Positions 12,786-26,314 are shown, numbered from the stretch's first letter. The stretch: 64,000 bases of DNA from Octopus sinensis (GCF_006345805.1 NC_043020.1:16802001-16866000); one strand, 5' to 3'. Notes: a model not told the origin generated them from the sequence alone. Numbers and translations: made by a program.

Positions 12786-13834
12786 CACTGGTTTTCAACT
12801 GAAGTTCATATAAGATGTTATTGTTTACTTCTACAATACACAAAATATTTTAACAATATTGTTTATAGGTGCAGGCATGGCTGTGTGGTAAGAAGCTTGC
12901 TTCTCAACCACATGGTTCCATATTCTGTCCCTTAGGCAAGTGTCTTCTACTGTAGCCTTGGGCTGACCAGAGCCTTGGGAGTGGATTTGATAGATGGAAA
13001 CTGAAACAAGCCCATCATATATATATATATATATATGTGTGTGTTTCTGTCTCTATCTCCCACTACCACTTAACAACTAGTTTTGTTACATTCCCATAAC
13101 TTGGTGAGAAACTGATAGAATAAGTACCATAAATCTTCGAGTATAGTCCGCCCTTGAGTATAATACACAGGGGATTTTTAGGGGGCTGTACCTCTGAAAA
13201 ACCTAAACCTTGTGTATAATACGTACCTCTTCTCTAACTTGAGTCAAGGAGCTCTTTATAACGTCCTTGGTTTGTAAAAATTTATACGGTAACATCCTTT
13301 ATTATTATTGTATATATAACATAATGCAAATGTGTAGCTTTTTTGTGCATTTTATTTGCAGAAAATAAAGAAATAACAGTAATAACGTTTAATAAATGTT
13401 GCTTACTGCAAATTATAGATGATCCTTTTATGACTTCATTGCTTTCAGGCTTAGCTTAAGGTATTTTCTCGCCCAACATCACAAAATGCGTCTGAATAAA
13501 CATAGCCAGACAGCAAATAGAGACTTGGACATTGCTTAGAAAATAATTTTCACTTTTAACTTTGTATATAGTACGCACTAGGAATTTTGACCTTTAAATT
13601 TTGGGGGGAAAATGCGGATTATACTCGAGGATTTACGGCAATGAGGTCAATTCATTTGACTAAAAATTCTTCAGAGAAACAAGTAGAAAGATGAAAATTT
13701 ACAATTCCTTATGATATTTAATTTTACAAATATAATAGGATTTTTTTTTTAAATATTGAATGTTAATTAGGGTCCAGTAGAATAAAATAGGAATCAAAGG
13801 GGTCTATAGGAATATAAATGGTTGAGAATCTCTG
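12786..13834. mobile_element. hAT-type MITE carrying a nested SINE A, which carries a nested Tc1/pogo-type MITE
   Basis: Outer ends cactggttttcaac / ggttgagaatctctg; SINE A at 12868-13126 resumes near 13641. Confidence 0.65.
13127..13638. mobile_element. Tc1/pogo-like MITE (512 bp) with about 25-bp TIRs
   Basis: TA|ccataaatcttcgagtatagtccgc versus gcggattatactcgaggatttacgg|ca. Confidence 0.75.
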
Positions 13835-16250
13835 CTCTAAATACTCAACCCCTCCTCTTGGTACCACCACCTCCCCATTACATTAACTGCCCCTTTGTGA
13901 GCTCTCATTTCAAACAAGGGAACATTACTACTCAGGTTAAGAACCACTGTTTTAGAGGAGACATCTGCTATGTATTTAAGCTGGAGATTCAAATATTCAT
14001 TATATCCCTAAATTATCCATCTGCATCAAAATCATGGTCAATTTTGTGGGCAGATGGTGACTGGATCTTTATCTGTTCTTTTTTTTTTGTTTTAATTTTC
14101 CCAGCTCTTTCGTTCATCTTGATTTTTTTGGGTTTTTTAGGGGAGGTGGGGGTGACATTTTACTGCCTCTTCTAACATGGAAGCATTTCTGACTGGTTAT
14201 TTCTTATTGTAGTTTTTATTAAAAAATACAATTATATATTTCCAACATTTTAAACTAACTTGAAGTGAAAATAATTTGTTTTAATTATTTTTTTTTTCCT
14301 TTTATTTATTCCTTTCACACAACATCAACTTGCATCAGATTTAGTGAGATTTTAAAGAATATCTTATAATTCTACTTCAACCACCCAACACAAACTGATA
14401 TTGATTTTTTTTTTCATGTTTTCTTGAAAATGACTTGTTTTTTCTTACATTCCCGTTGCTTAATAATATATTGATTCCTTTTAAAACTTTATTCTTCACC
14501 TGAATGTCTTGTAATGGTTATGTGAAATGATAATTTTAAATTTAACTTCTTTTTTTTTTAAAACTTTTATCTTCACTCCATAAGTATTAAATCTGTTTAC
14601 TACCAAAAATATGTAATATCTGAGTGCATGGAATATTTTCTTTTGATTTTGTCTTGGCTTTATTTTTTAAAAATTTTACATTACTAATATATTTATCAAG
14701 AAGTTACGTTATCATTTTGCAACACTTTCATAGTGATTGCTATTTGTATTTCTGAGTTGATGTTGCTACTAGCCTATAAAGAAATATCTAACAATCCAGT
14801 TGAAACAGAATTACTTTCTTATTGTTGGATATTTTGTTTAAACCTCTTTTTTAATTTTTTCTTTTTTTTCTGGATTCTGTACCATATTTTTAGCAACAAA
14901 AAAGTTTTTGTAACATGAAAGCATTTTCTTAAAAAAATAAAAAGTAATATATAAAATTTTGGAAGTCTTCATAAGACAACTGTCTGAAAAAAAAAAATAA
15001 AACTTACTATACTTAAAAGCAATTTTGTTGATAACAATAATATGTTATAGTCTAAAGAAATATATTAATACCAGCAATGGAAAGTATTGTATTTTTACTA
15101 ACAATGCCCATTCAGCCATCTGCCCACCTTACATTAACACTTGATATTTTTTATTTTTTTATTAAAAAATAATAATTGTTAATATATTGATGTTATCCAA
15201 GATGAAACTGTGTTTTCATAGTAATACTTACAAATAATATAATGCTGCTTTTAGCATTCAATGCATTCCTTGTAGTGACACTGTTATCTATTTGTCACTT
15301 GGAAATCTGAGTCAAGAAAATGGCTAATCTTCTCTAATTAGATAATTAACTGGTGCAGCTCTTCAGCTTATCATCTCCTGTCAAAAATATCTAACCCATG
15401 CCAGCATGGAAAAATGGATGTTAAATGATGATGATGGCAAACTACTTTTATGTCTCATCCATGACAACTTTATCCCAACTATCCAACCGTCAGTACTAGC
15501 AATATATAATCATAATATAGCAATATATAAGCATTTATTGAGATGTAGGCCTCAGTCTGCTTAGCTGACAAATGCCACTCCCTGTCCAAACAAATTTCAA
15601 AATTTTCATGCTAATCTGGAGAAATAAATATATCTGTTAACAAAAAAGGAAAGGAAAGAAAATGTAACCTTTTAAAGTTAGAGGTCTATTTCTTTAATTA
15701 ATTTTATTTGTTGAAGTTAATTGCTATTATAATTTGAGTATTTTAGTATATATTGTGATTTCAGATAATCACAGTTTCATACAAATTTAACTTCAAATTT
15801 TGTCAGAGGTATACAGAATCTTACTTAATCAACTTTTGAAAAGTAGGATCAAAATTTAAATAGCTAAAATGTAATTCAGTAATAAATGAAATTCTATTTC
15901 TTTACACTTCCCTATACAATCTCATTTCTATAATTAAATACAATTTGTTAGGGTTGAAGAGGATGATGAAATCTGTTTTGATTTTTGTTAAACAGTATTT
16001 TGTTCTTCCCATAAACAAAAAGTAAATACTGTAGAGAGCATTTTAGATGTTATTGCTTTTGGGGTAGTTGTAACAGCAGTTAAAGTGTGGTTAGCTGCTT
16101 GCTGTGCTACTGACTTCTGTCTATCATCCTCTGACTGTTCATTGCTTTTGTGTTATCAGCTGCTGTCCACTACATTGAGTTGGCAAGAATATTTTAGTCT
16201 TTGATTCACCACTGCATCTGACTCCACATCAGATTAGTGCTTGAGTACAA

Positions 16251-16603
16251 TCATCATCATCATCATCGTCGTTTAACGTCCGTTTTCCATGCTAGCATGG
16301 GTTGGACGGTTCAACTGGGGTCTGGGAGGATGAAGGCTGCGCCAGGCCCAGTCTGATCTGGCAGTGTTTCTACAGCTGGATGCCCTTCCTAACACCAACC
16401 ACTCTGTGAGTGTAGTGGGTGCTTTTTACGTGCCAGATGAGGCTGGCAAACGGCCACAATCAGATGGTGCTTTTTATGTGCCATCGGCACGGGGCCAGAC
16501 GAGGCTGGCAACGGCCACAATCGGATGGTGCATTTTATGTGCCACCGGCACGGAGGCCAGTCGGGGCGGCGCTGGCAACGGCCACGTTCGGATGGTTCTC
16601 TTA
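16251..16603 (-). mobile_element. SINE-like element (family E) with internal ~60-bp tandem units and RTE-like (GAT)n tail
   Basis: Reverse complement ends ccaacccatgctagcatggaaaacggacgttaaacgacgatgatgatg; three tggtgct...tgcca..ggca...ctggcaacggccac units; CpG-rich. Confidence 0.8.
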
Positions 16604-17362
16604 ATGTTATTAACCCATACTAAGCCTTCTATGCAATCCCGTGTAAATACCTTCCCCCATGAGAAACCATATCCTACCCTCATGTTTCTCTTATTAACCT
16701 CATCCACTATTCTCTAGACTTGGAGAGATGGAGAAAAGCTATAGAACTGTTCTTCCAGCCTAAACTAATAAATAAGCAAAATAAAATATGGACTTTCTTA
16801 CCTTTGCTCAGACGTCATAATGTTATGTGAAGGAAGTCTGAAGAATTTCAATGGTGCATGGCATTACAAACAACTACATTCTTACTCTTACCTCTATCCT
16901 TCCAGTAATTCCTCTGCCAACAAAATAGCAATGCATTGTATTTATTTTTTTTTTTATAATAATTTTCAACTTCAAAACTCTAAATTTATGAGGAAAACAC
17001 TAAGAAAATAGCAATAAGTTCTCGTTCTTGTTAATACAAATATCCTATAATTTCTAAATTAACTAATTTCTCCCGACGTTGCTACATCCCATGAAAAGTG
17101 AAGTGCATTACAAAAGCTTTTTAAATTCGTCTATTTTTATATCCAATCTCATTACAGTCACAAAAAATTTGGCAGCAGTTTCTGTGTTTGTGGTTTTGGT
17201 TCTGTTCTTTTAACATGTTTTTGCATCAAGTAAAATTTAGTTTTTTTTTTTCAAATGATTATTTTCAGTGTTTCTAGAAATATCTGTTTACATTGAAAGT
17301 TTTTGTTAAACGTGATGTTGGTTTTTGAAACAATTGTATTAATGACTTCATCAATCTTCCAG

Positions 17363-17508
17363 GAATACAGCACAGCATTAAAGGTAAAACCCTCCCAGCG
17401 GCGATGGAACCCAGGTTTCCAGCCTGACATAGTGTGTCTTTTGGCATGGATTGACAATGAGCATCCAGGGAATGTGACTAGTATATGTGTTAATTCTTCC
17501 TATGGCCT
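17363..17508 (+). CDS. STXBP5: Tomosyn internal exon (146 nt, phase 0 to 2)
   Basis: tcttccag|GAA acceptor and CT|gtgagt donor; encodes ...PGFQPDIVCLLAW...TSICVNSSYG(L). Confidence 0.95.
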
Positions 17509-18460
17509 GTGAGTTCATTTTTCCCGTCTTTGACTATGTAGAATAGTATAAATGTGAACTTCAGTCAGCTTCCAAATAGAACTTATTTCTTTTTTGCTTT
17601 CCATTTGACTTTGAAATACAACCTCTTTAAAAACTAAGAAACAATTCTCTTTGAAGTTAGAAAGTATTTTAAAACAGATTTTAGAATATTATTTTAATTT
17701 TCATGTAGTTGTTTTTGATTTATTTTTAGTATAAACAAGTCTGGACATAAATTTTATCTGATTTCAAGATTAACTTCCAATAACTTTTTTTTTTAATTAA
17801 TTTCATTTGATTGATAAATATGTTTAATTTTGTCACTTTATGGTGATGGCTTAATCATCACATGGTGGCAGTTAAGCTGCAGAAATGGTGAGACGCTTTT
17901 AGAAAGATAATTGACTAAATTTTGTAATAACTACAACAATGTTATGAATTAAAATTTCTCTGTGCAATGACTGATCTCAATTTGGAAGAGAAATATAAGT
18001 ATAGGAGATACTACTAAAACAAGAGCTGAAAAAAAAAAAGAGATAAGCAATGAGTTGTGTATTACCCAAGAGTTAATTTTGACATTTATTTTTCAGTGTT
18101 TCATCAAATAAACTAGTAAAGATATACCCTTCATGGACAAAGGTTATATTCTTCAGAAATAAAAACTCTTTCTAATAAATGCTGTTCAAAATTACTTTCT
18201 CTTTATTTTATAACTTATCAGAATTAATATCAATTCAGTCCTCACTTCCAAGACAGATTAACCAAAGCTAGAATGCGATAACCATATCATGAACACTGGT
18301 CAAACAACAGAGTTTGACTACCCATAGCTGACTACCTTGATCTGTGGATCACTTTTGAGCATTTGATTAGTTACTTTAGTGGAGCAGTCCAGGGTTAACA
18401 AGTTAATCAGAATTGAACAATTACAATTGGTCTTGGAATGCTTCTTTCTATAATGTTTAA

Positions 18461-18681
18461 CCCTTTTGTTACTAACCCGGCTGAAACCGGCTCTGGCTCT
18501 GAGTACGAATGTCTTGTTTTCATAAGTTCTGAATTAAAATCTTCCACCAAACCTTGGTCACAATTTATGTTCCTAACACTAGCTTCATGATAACTAAGTT
18601 ATTATTTTACTAAATCCTTTGTTATATTTAAAATAATTGAAAGAAACGCAGCATCTCAAGATAAATACAGTAACAAAAGGG
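18461..18681. mobile_element. piggyBac-type MITE with TTAA target duplication
   Basis: TTAA|cccttttgttact...agtaacaaaaggg|TTAA, 13-bp perfect TIR; lies 160 bp upstream of exon 18842. Confidence 0.9.
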
Positions 18682-18841
18682 TTAAAGAATTGGTATTTGA
18701 ATGTTGATTGTTATTATAGGATTAGATATTCTTGTTTAGTTATTCAGCCTTTCTTTGAATGAAACTTACCATTTTTATTCTTACATTTTTAAACATATAC
18801 ATATATACAAACATACTTTTTTATTTATTTATTTATTTCAG

Positions 18842-18930
18842 AATGGCTTTTGGCAATGAATCTGGTCTAGCTGTAGTGGACATAATCCAGAAAATTTGTT
18901 TGCTTAATATTGGGACACCTGATTTGTATG
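18842..18930 (+). CDS. STXBP5: Tomosyn internal exon (89 nt, phase 2 to 1)
   Basis: ttatttcag|A ATG GCT TTT acceptor and TAT G|gtgaat donor; (L)MAFGNESGLAVVDIIQKICLLNIGTPDLY(G); phase matches both neighbours. Confidence 0.95.
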
Positions 18931-19577
18931 GTGAATATTCTTACTTGTATATTATTGCATTACCTAAGACACCCATCCTACAGTTCTTCCAAATACTGCC
19001 TACTTTCAAATAAAGTCCTTATTAAATGAACAAAGCCACATTAAATTTTGATTAGAATTAATCAAGTAATTTGAAATTGCATTGACTCAATTAGATCTAC
19101 ATGACAGGTGCACGTGCCTGTGGAGTACATGCATGTGCACGTTAATTCCATGAGCAGGCTGATGCATCGATTGGATCAACTGGAACCCTCATCATCATAG
19201 CCAATGCAGAGTGCCAGTTTGTATTTCAGCACAAAAGGATTTAATCTGAGATAACATATTGAAGATACCCAATGCAAATCATCAAGGTGCCCATGGACTC
19301 AATGAATCACTGTGAATTGAACTGATGACCTTAGAACCATGAGCTGAATACGCTAACCACTAAGCCATGCGCCTTCACTGTGCTGATTGCTAAATAAATC
19401 AATTCGCTGCTGTCATATAAATTCATGTTATAAATGTTTGGCACTTATTCTGTTGATTTCCTATTTCACTGACAGCCTCTAGTTTGTGCCTTTCAGCAAG
19501 ACATTTTACTCTATCTGCTTCTTGCAGTCTATGCAGGCGATTACTGTGAGATTTAGAGCACTGTTCATTGTCCTCAT

Positions 19578-20190
19578 AGGTAATACTTATCCCCACGTAA
19601 ACCTAGATGTTCTGTTAGAACAAAGTATACTGCAGTAGACACCATGAGAGAAACTCTCATACTGGCTTTTGGTGCAAAATGCACTCTTGTTTCCATCACT
19701 CCAAAAGCCAGTACGAGAGTTTCTCTCATGGTATCCACCACAGTATAGTTTGTTCTAACAGAACATTCAGGTTTAAGTGGGGATAAATATTACCTTTCAG
19801 TATTAATATTGCCTCTATTGCTAATATATATTTTTTAACAAGCTCACTGGTTAATCGCAACATCAGTGCCTGTTCTGGCACTGTTTTGCTATATATCACT
19901 AGTTGGGAGATGAGTTGCTGCTATCTCTAGCAGTTGAGTGTTCATCATTGACAAGACTAAGGAATGTCAAAATTATGTGAGCTGATGGGCTCAGTGTTGG
20001 AGATGGTGGAGATTTTTTTCTCTACTAGTGATATCAACAAGGGTGCATTTTACACCAAAAGCCAATATGAGAGTTTCTCTCATGACATCTACCACAGTAT
20101 AATTTGTTCCAACAATACATTCATGTTTAAGTGGAGATAAATATTACTTTGCAATATTAATACTGCCTCTGTTACTAATATACATTGTCC
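19578..20190. repeat. Foldback element with three arms
   Basis: About 95-bp arm from 19578 pairs with 19701-19795 (roughly 90% complementary); 20026-20150 is a second inverted copy that includes the spacer. Confidence 0.85.
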
Positions 20191-21320
20191 TCGTAATATT
20201 TACAGAAACTAAAGATAACTTCTGGCTTAATCGGCTGTCATAGAATAAAAGATTTGAATTCTCCATGTTGATTTATTTTTGGCCAGATCATATATCTATT
20301 TTGAATACATTATAATCTGTCATTGTATTATTTCAACTTTAAATCTACTTCATCATGTTTATATTTATTTCACTATCTTTCTGGGTCCGTTTTGCATTTA
20401 TTTTTACATCTATTCACTTGTTGTCATCACATATATTCCTGTCATTCTTAGATCCTCTTTCTTTTATAAATTTTTATTATCTGATCCTAACATAGAGCAA
20501 TGGATTAGCTTAATTATTAGTCTCAAAGAGAATACTATGTAGTACTTAGTTACAGCACTTTCTGTGTTGTATTCTGGTTTCAAATCCTGCCATGATCATC
20601 TTTACAGGGTCAATGAAATAAAGTAATAGTCATGTACTGGGGTTGGTATAATATTAACTGTTCCCTTTCCCCAAAATTTCTAGCCTTGTGCCTCAGAAAC
20701 AATTACTTGGACACCACCAGCCAGTCATTGGACACCTTTAATTGAAGAGTTCATTTGGGTAAACTTCCAGACCAAATTCTTCGTTTCCTCCCTTCCGTGT
20801 TTCCTGCAGATATTGACATGCAGATGTCATTGGTGCTACCTCTTTCTCTCCTCAATTTATAAGAAAAATATTGTGAATTTTTAGAAGTCAGTTTTTTGGG
20901 TTTTTTCTTTAATTGAATCAAATGAACCCATTGTACCTACACAAGGTATAGTTTCAGGCCCCAAGAACAGCCTTCAATTTGGGGTAGGGTTCAACTCAAT
21001 ACTTACATGCTATTTATAATTTTATGTGCTTCAAGATCCATTGTTCTAGCCATCCATCCCTGTATCTTCTCCACCCACTATTCCTGAGATGATCATTGGG
21101 GTAGAGTCCTTAGGCACCTCCTCCATAGGGTCCTATCAGAAGCAGCCATCAATAGACACTTTCCAGCTGGAATTCTAAGCATCACCAACTGAGACTGTGG
21201 ATATTATCCAACCATCTCCTTCTAGATTTATCCATGGGTCTCCAAAATAGAAATATATATTTTAAAACACAAAATTCAATGTCGGGGCTGTATTTATTTA
21301 TTCTTTACAATTGTTTTCAG

Positions 21321-21442
21321 GATCTATGGATCCATACCAGCGAGCACCTCGTTCTCCCCGTGGAAAAAGACCACAACCTCTTGATGCTAATAATACTGGA
21401 CAAATATTTACTGATGAATGCAAATCTCCAACCAGTGACCAA
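21321..21442 (+). CDS. STXBP5: Tomosyn internal exon (122 nt, phase 1 to 0), entry to hypervariable region
   Basis: ttgttttcag|GA TCT ATG GAT CCA TAC and CAA|gtaaat; (G)SMDPYQRAPRSPR...DECKSPTSDQ matches GSNDPYRREPRSPR...DRCKSPTS. Absent from the ORF track because it has no in-frame ATG ORF of 60 aa. Confidence 0.95.
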
Positions 21443-21633
21443 GTAAATATTTAATTCATTTTTTTTTCTTATTTTTTTTTTCCATTTTTTTTTTATATTA
21501 CTTTCTTATATCTACTTCAAACCTCACTGCAAGCCAAAAACATTTTAACTAATTAATTAATTTTCTTCTCTATCAAAAATTAGCATTAATTATTCCTTTC
21601 ATCAGTTTCAATAACTTTAACCTAAAATATTCA

Positions 21634-21820
21634 AGGCTAATCTATAAATTTCTGAGGCAAATTTATTAATTTCCATAGGAAAGTCTATAAATTTTGCAGC
21701 AATGTCTGAATATCCAAGGCAAATCAATAAATCTCTGAGGTGAACCTATGAATTTATGAGGTAAATCTATGGATATTAGAGGCAAATCCATAAACACCTG
21801 AAGCTAGTCTATAAATAATT
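21634..21820. repeat. Degenerate 21-bp minisatellite, about 9 units (aggcaaatctataaatttctg)
   Basis: Units read by eye: aggctaatctataaatttctg, aggcaaatcaataaatctctg, aggtgaacctatgaatttatg, aggtaaatctatggatattag, aggcaaatccataaacacctg. Confidence 0.8.
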
Positions 21821-21886
21821 GATGTTTTTTACTTAAAACAAAACAATCAAAAACATGAGGAAAAAATCTTATCTACTTTATATAAT

Positions 21887-22394
21887 ACTAGCAGTATCGC
21901 CCAGCGTTGCTCGGGTTTGTAAGGGAAATAACTATATAAGCATTTTTAGAGAGTTACTTCCCTTATAAATTCGGGCTTTCTTAGCCATTTTTGTTTTGGT
22001 GTCTTCAAGCCATGAAGTCGTTGTTCTAAAAGAACGCTGGTTTCCTTCACAACGCATTACGACGTTGATTTCTTTACACTCCCTTCCCCACAGCTTCACG
22101 AGGGAGGGAAGGGGGAGAAGCAAACAGGTGCAGCTGTGAGTGTGGACGCCAACTCCGCCGCCATCGACACACGATGCATTTTATGCATTAAAATGGAATA
22201 AAAAATGATGTTAAATTATTTTTAAAATCGTAGACTCATCGTTGACGCGCGCTAATAGTCAGACGGGCTCGATATGAATCACGACTATAAGATACCCGAA
22301 TTTGGTTAAACTGCACCGCAAAATGTGGGAGGAGTTAGGAATCTAAATCGAAGGGGACAGACACTCACACAACTAGAGTTTTATATATATAGAT
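21887..22394 (+). mobile_element. Non-autonomous Helitron-like (Lep1/DINE-1-type) element
   Basis: 5' actagcagtatcgcccagcgttgctcggg with a small subterminal inverted repeat; 3' acagacactcacac...ttttatatatatagat; no TSD seen; CpG-rich. Confidence 0.55.
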
Positions 22395-22599
22395 TAGATA
22401 ACATGTTAATTTTAAATAAATCTGTATCAGGTAACTACACTGAAATTCTAAAAACTCACCTGGTATGGATATGTATTCCAATATAACTACCTGTTCAAAA
22501 ACATTCTTGAGGGTGTACTTGAATGATGGTGAAAAAAGAAACAAACAGAATTTTGGTCTGACAGCACTGTAAACCACTGCACATGACTGAAGACAGGAA

Positions 22600-23450
22600 C
22601 CAGTAGTGATTTCCACTTGCCAAAACAGTTTGGAGTAGCACCACAACAATTGTCTATGCCAGTCATGAGATACCAATGATGCTAGTCAAACATTGGTATA
22701 TCCTATTTGCCACTATTTACCATATCTCAGCAATTATCCCTGATACTCTAGCTGCCTTTTCTAACATCATATCCTTATTGGCCATTTCAATATATGTGTC
22801 AACTTCAACAGTTGGCTCCTCTCTTGAGTGTACACCCTCTCTCATGTAGTCTCCTCATTTGGCAATTTCTCATACTCGCATTTCTATGCCTGTGTCTTCT
22901 CTGCATCAGTGAGGGTTTGGGTGTGCCACCAGCAATCTATATATACTTTTCTCAGTCATGTTTCTGATTCACACTGACACATTGCTTTGCCATCTGAAAT
23001 TACTCTAACTCACATTATAAAACACCGCCAGCAAACATCTTTCTTTTCTCCATACTAAATATATGACGCATCTATATTCTAGATACCTGGTAGTGTCCCT
23101 TGCTTTCCAGACCTGTCTCTTAGATTTTAATCGTTCTATCTACTGTACCCTATTCCACCATCGTGTCATCTTCCACCTAGCTGGTACTTGTTCCATTCAC
23201 ACATCTGATCTATGTCCGACAGTAGATTATCTTGTAGAAACTCCCAGTTGCCTTCTATGTTATACATCACTTTTTCTTATTTCCTCTTACCTCTTTCACC
23301 TGGTAGTTCTCTGAACTTATGTGTAAGCAAGGGATCTTTCATCTTCTGTATCTTCCTTCTCTAGATTGTTTTGTATCTTTGAAACCATTTCGCTTCTATT
23401 TTGATGTCACAGGTTGGTTTTGCAATACATTCTTCACTGAGGAAAAGTAT
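22600..23450 (-). mobile_element. Heavily decayed RTE-clade LINE ORF fragment (region upstream of and into RT)
   Basis: Minus strand remnants WK.T.WWN and KDMMLEKAARVSGIIAE resemble WKETWWWN and KDMK.GKA.GPSGI.AE. Confidence 0.55.
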
Positions 23451-24193
23451 TCACAACCATCTATATATCCTGTTTCATGGTGAGCGCAAATACTATTCTG
23501 TTCACTTAATTAATAGTTGATCCAATAGCAGAAATCAGTATGGTAAATGGTTTGTGCCATTGAGCTCCAGACTTGATTCCATTTCATTCCTTGTATCATG
23601 TACCATAGCTTTTGCATACATCAAAGTAATTGTCACAATGTTGTCTAACATGTCTATAAAAGACACCAGCCATTATAAGTAGATCACTATCATCCGTTGC
23701 CAAGGCTGTCGCCCAAGGGTCCTCATAAAAACGACCCCTTACACATCCGTCAGTTTTGATCGCAGTGAATATGCAGAAATCAGTGTTGGTGTCATGTTGC
23801 TTGAAAGCTTATTTGATGGATGCTTTTTCAATTTCAGCAATGAACATTCAGTTGTTCATCCAACTGAACTAACTATTTGTTAAATTAAATAAGCAAATAG
23901 CTGGGTATTTCACAGACATATATATATATATGCTCTTAACTTCATTCTCAAGCCATATTAGCATCATGCAATATGTGACAAGACTGGACCAAAAAATTGC
24001 AGGCACTATACATTCATTATGCTTCCACACAGTTTCCAACTACCTAGTTTCACTCACAAGGCTTGGAATGTCATGACTGTAAAATGAACTTCTTAACCTT
24101 TTAGCTATGCCTACATCAGTGGATACAGGCATGGTTGAATCTAAGTTTAATTATTATCACATAGTCTGACTGCCTTAGTTACTTTATCTAACC

Positions 24194-24449
24194 TAGTGGT
24201 TCTCGACCATTTTTTTACCTATGGGCCTATTTGATTCCTCTTTCACTTAGATAGACTTCTGTAGTCATTCAATGTTTAAAAAAATCCTTTTATATTTTTA
24301 TAATTAAATATTATTAGGAATTGTACCAAAAAATTGTTAAAATATTTTGTATGCTGAAGAAGTATAATCAATGTATAGCACATAGATTTTAATGACAAAA
24401 TCTTATATGAACCCCTAAGGGTCAAATGGACTCCATTTGAGAACCACTG
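24194..24449. mobile_element. Intact hAT-type MITE with 8-bp TSD
   Basis: ATCTAACC|tagtggttctcga...ttgagaaccactg|ATCTAACC, perfect 8-bp target-site duplication. Confidence 0.92.
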
Positions 24450-26314
24450 ATCTAACCATTTCTCGACCAACATTATGCTTACTCTACCATGGTTACCACC
24501 CAAAAATATTCATTTGTATCCCGTAAAGAATGAGGTACCCTGGTATATTACCTTTCATTATTCGGTATACATCAGCTTGATTGTATTCTGCCATCTCAAC
24601 ACTCTTTCCAGACATTTTTCATTGTACCAACATTGATAACAGCATTCTTGCAAGTTTCGCACCTGACTTGAAGAGGAGAAATTCCATTGGCAATAGTGAA
24701 ATTTAGGAAGATCTGTTGCAATTATTTCTTGTCAGATACTTAATAACACATTTAGTTTTATTCTCACCTCAATAAATACAATTACCCCAGAGTAATAATG
24801 GTTTAAAATTACATTGACCCCCAGTGCTCAGCTGATACTTATTTTATTGGCCCCAAAAGGATGAAAGGCAAAGTCATCCTCAGCAGAATTTCAACTCAGA
24901 ATGTAAAGACAGGAGAAATGTAACTAAGCAATTTGCCTGACTTGCTAACAGTTCTGCCAACTTACCACCAGAGTTGGCAGAGTAATGATAAAATAACTAA
25001 AGTGGGATGTGATAGTGCGATTCTTGAGCCAAGCTTAACTATACGGTTTATGCATTTCTCTTCTGTTTGGATTAGAATAACAACTCTTTAAGTTATTTTC
25101 AATTGTTGAAAAAAAGTTATAAGTAAGTATTACCATAGTATAAGGTGTATTCAAGGAGAAAAGGCTCAGCAAGAAATTGAACTCATACACTTCACTAACT
25201 GGAGAACTGATAACAGTTTTTTAACTGCTGAGAGACTGAAATAATTAAGATTTTAGAAGAAAAACAATAAGAAGTTGATAATTTCAATAAGAAGAAAAAT
25301 AACTTTTTCATCTAAAAAAAAAAAACTAGTTTAAATTTTATTTAAACTCATTATTGATCACAAACTAATTGGACATCCATCATTACTTTTAAAGTACTGA
25401 TAAAAAATTGTAATTTCCCCAAGATCTTAATTTGGATGTTTCAATATATTATCAACCTCACCAGCTGCATTCACTGATTCTGCCTTCAAAATATAAACAC
25501 CAATGAACAGAGGAATCTGGTGTAGATTTTTTTTAAAAACAAAGATGCAAAAATAGAGGGCAAGTATTTCCTGGCAATAACATGTGTTAAGTTCCAAGTT
25601 TTCTTTTAGCTGTAGTTAGGTTTTGTAAAAGCAGTAAATTTTTATCTGCTAGAATATGAAGAAATGAGAGATGTCAATCATTTCTGTTCAAAAAACATAA
25701 GATGTTTCCAAAATTTTTCTTTTTCCTTTTATTCTTTGTTGTATAAACTTTAAAGAACATGCAACATATAAATTGCTTTGTTTGTTGGTTTTGTTTCTCT
25801 ATCTGCCAGAATATGGTGGATGCAACATCGAAAAAGATGTTACCAGCATGTGTTCTGCTGGAAGAAACATTATTCTATGGAAATGTAATTTACAAATTTA
25901 CCAACAAAATCTTGTATGATTCGATTAAACAAAAACAATTCTACATTTAATTCAGTTGAAACTCACAAACATTCATTCGACAGACATATTTTCTACCATT
26001 TTTCAAAACCGATATGTAAATAAAAATAATACTGCTATTACTAGTAAAACATTATTATTTTTACTACTACTACTACTACTAAATTTTACTTCTTAGAGCT
26101 CCTGATCTTGTTCTGGATAATTCTGTGAGTGCAGACTGCATCCTGTTGTCAAAGGTTTCATGGGGTTTCTTTCCACGAATTATAAAACTTGGTACTTAGG
26201 TGGTAAGTATCATGGAAGATACTCAACACCCAAGTCTCAATCTCAAAATCCTAGTTGTCCTCAATAGAGCAGCTTTGGGGGGTGAAACATTATTATTATT
26301 ATTATTTATTATTA

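Noticed and set aside
15990-16250. Coding-looking minus-strand stretch (...QSEDDRQKSVAQQAANHTLTAVTTTPK...)
   Set aside because: Interrupted by stops, no recognisable family, no convincing splice signals
26097-26124. Exon candidate tag|AGCTCCTGATCTTGTTCTGGATAATTCT|gtgagt
   Set aside because: Stop codon in phase 0, the phase supplied by the 21442 donor; would need an unseen upstream phase-2 exon
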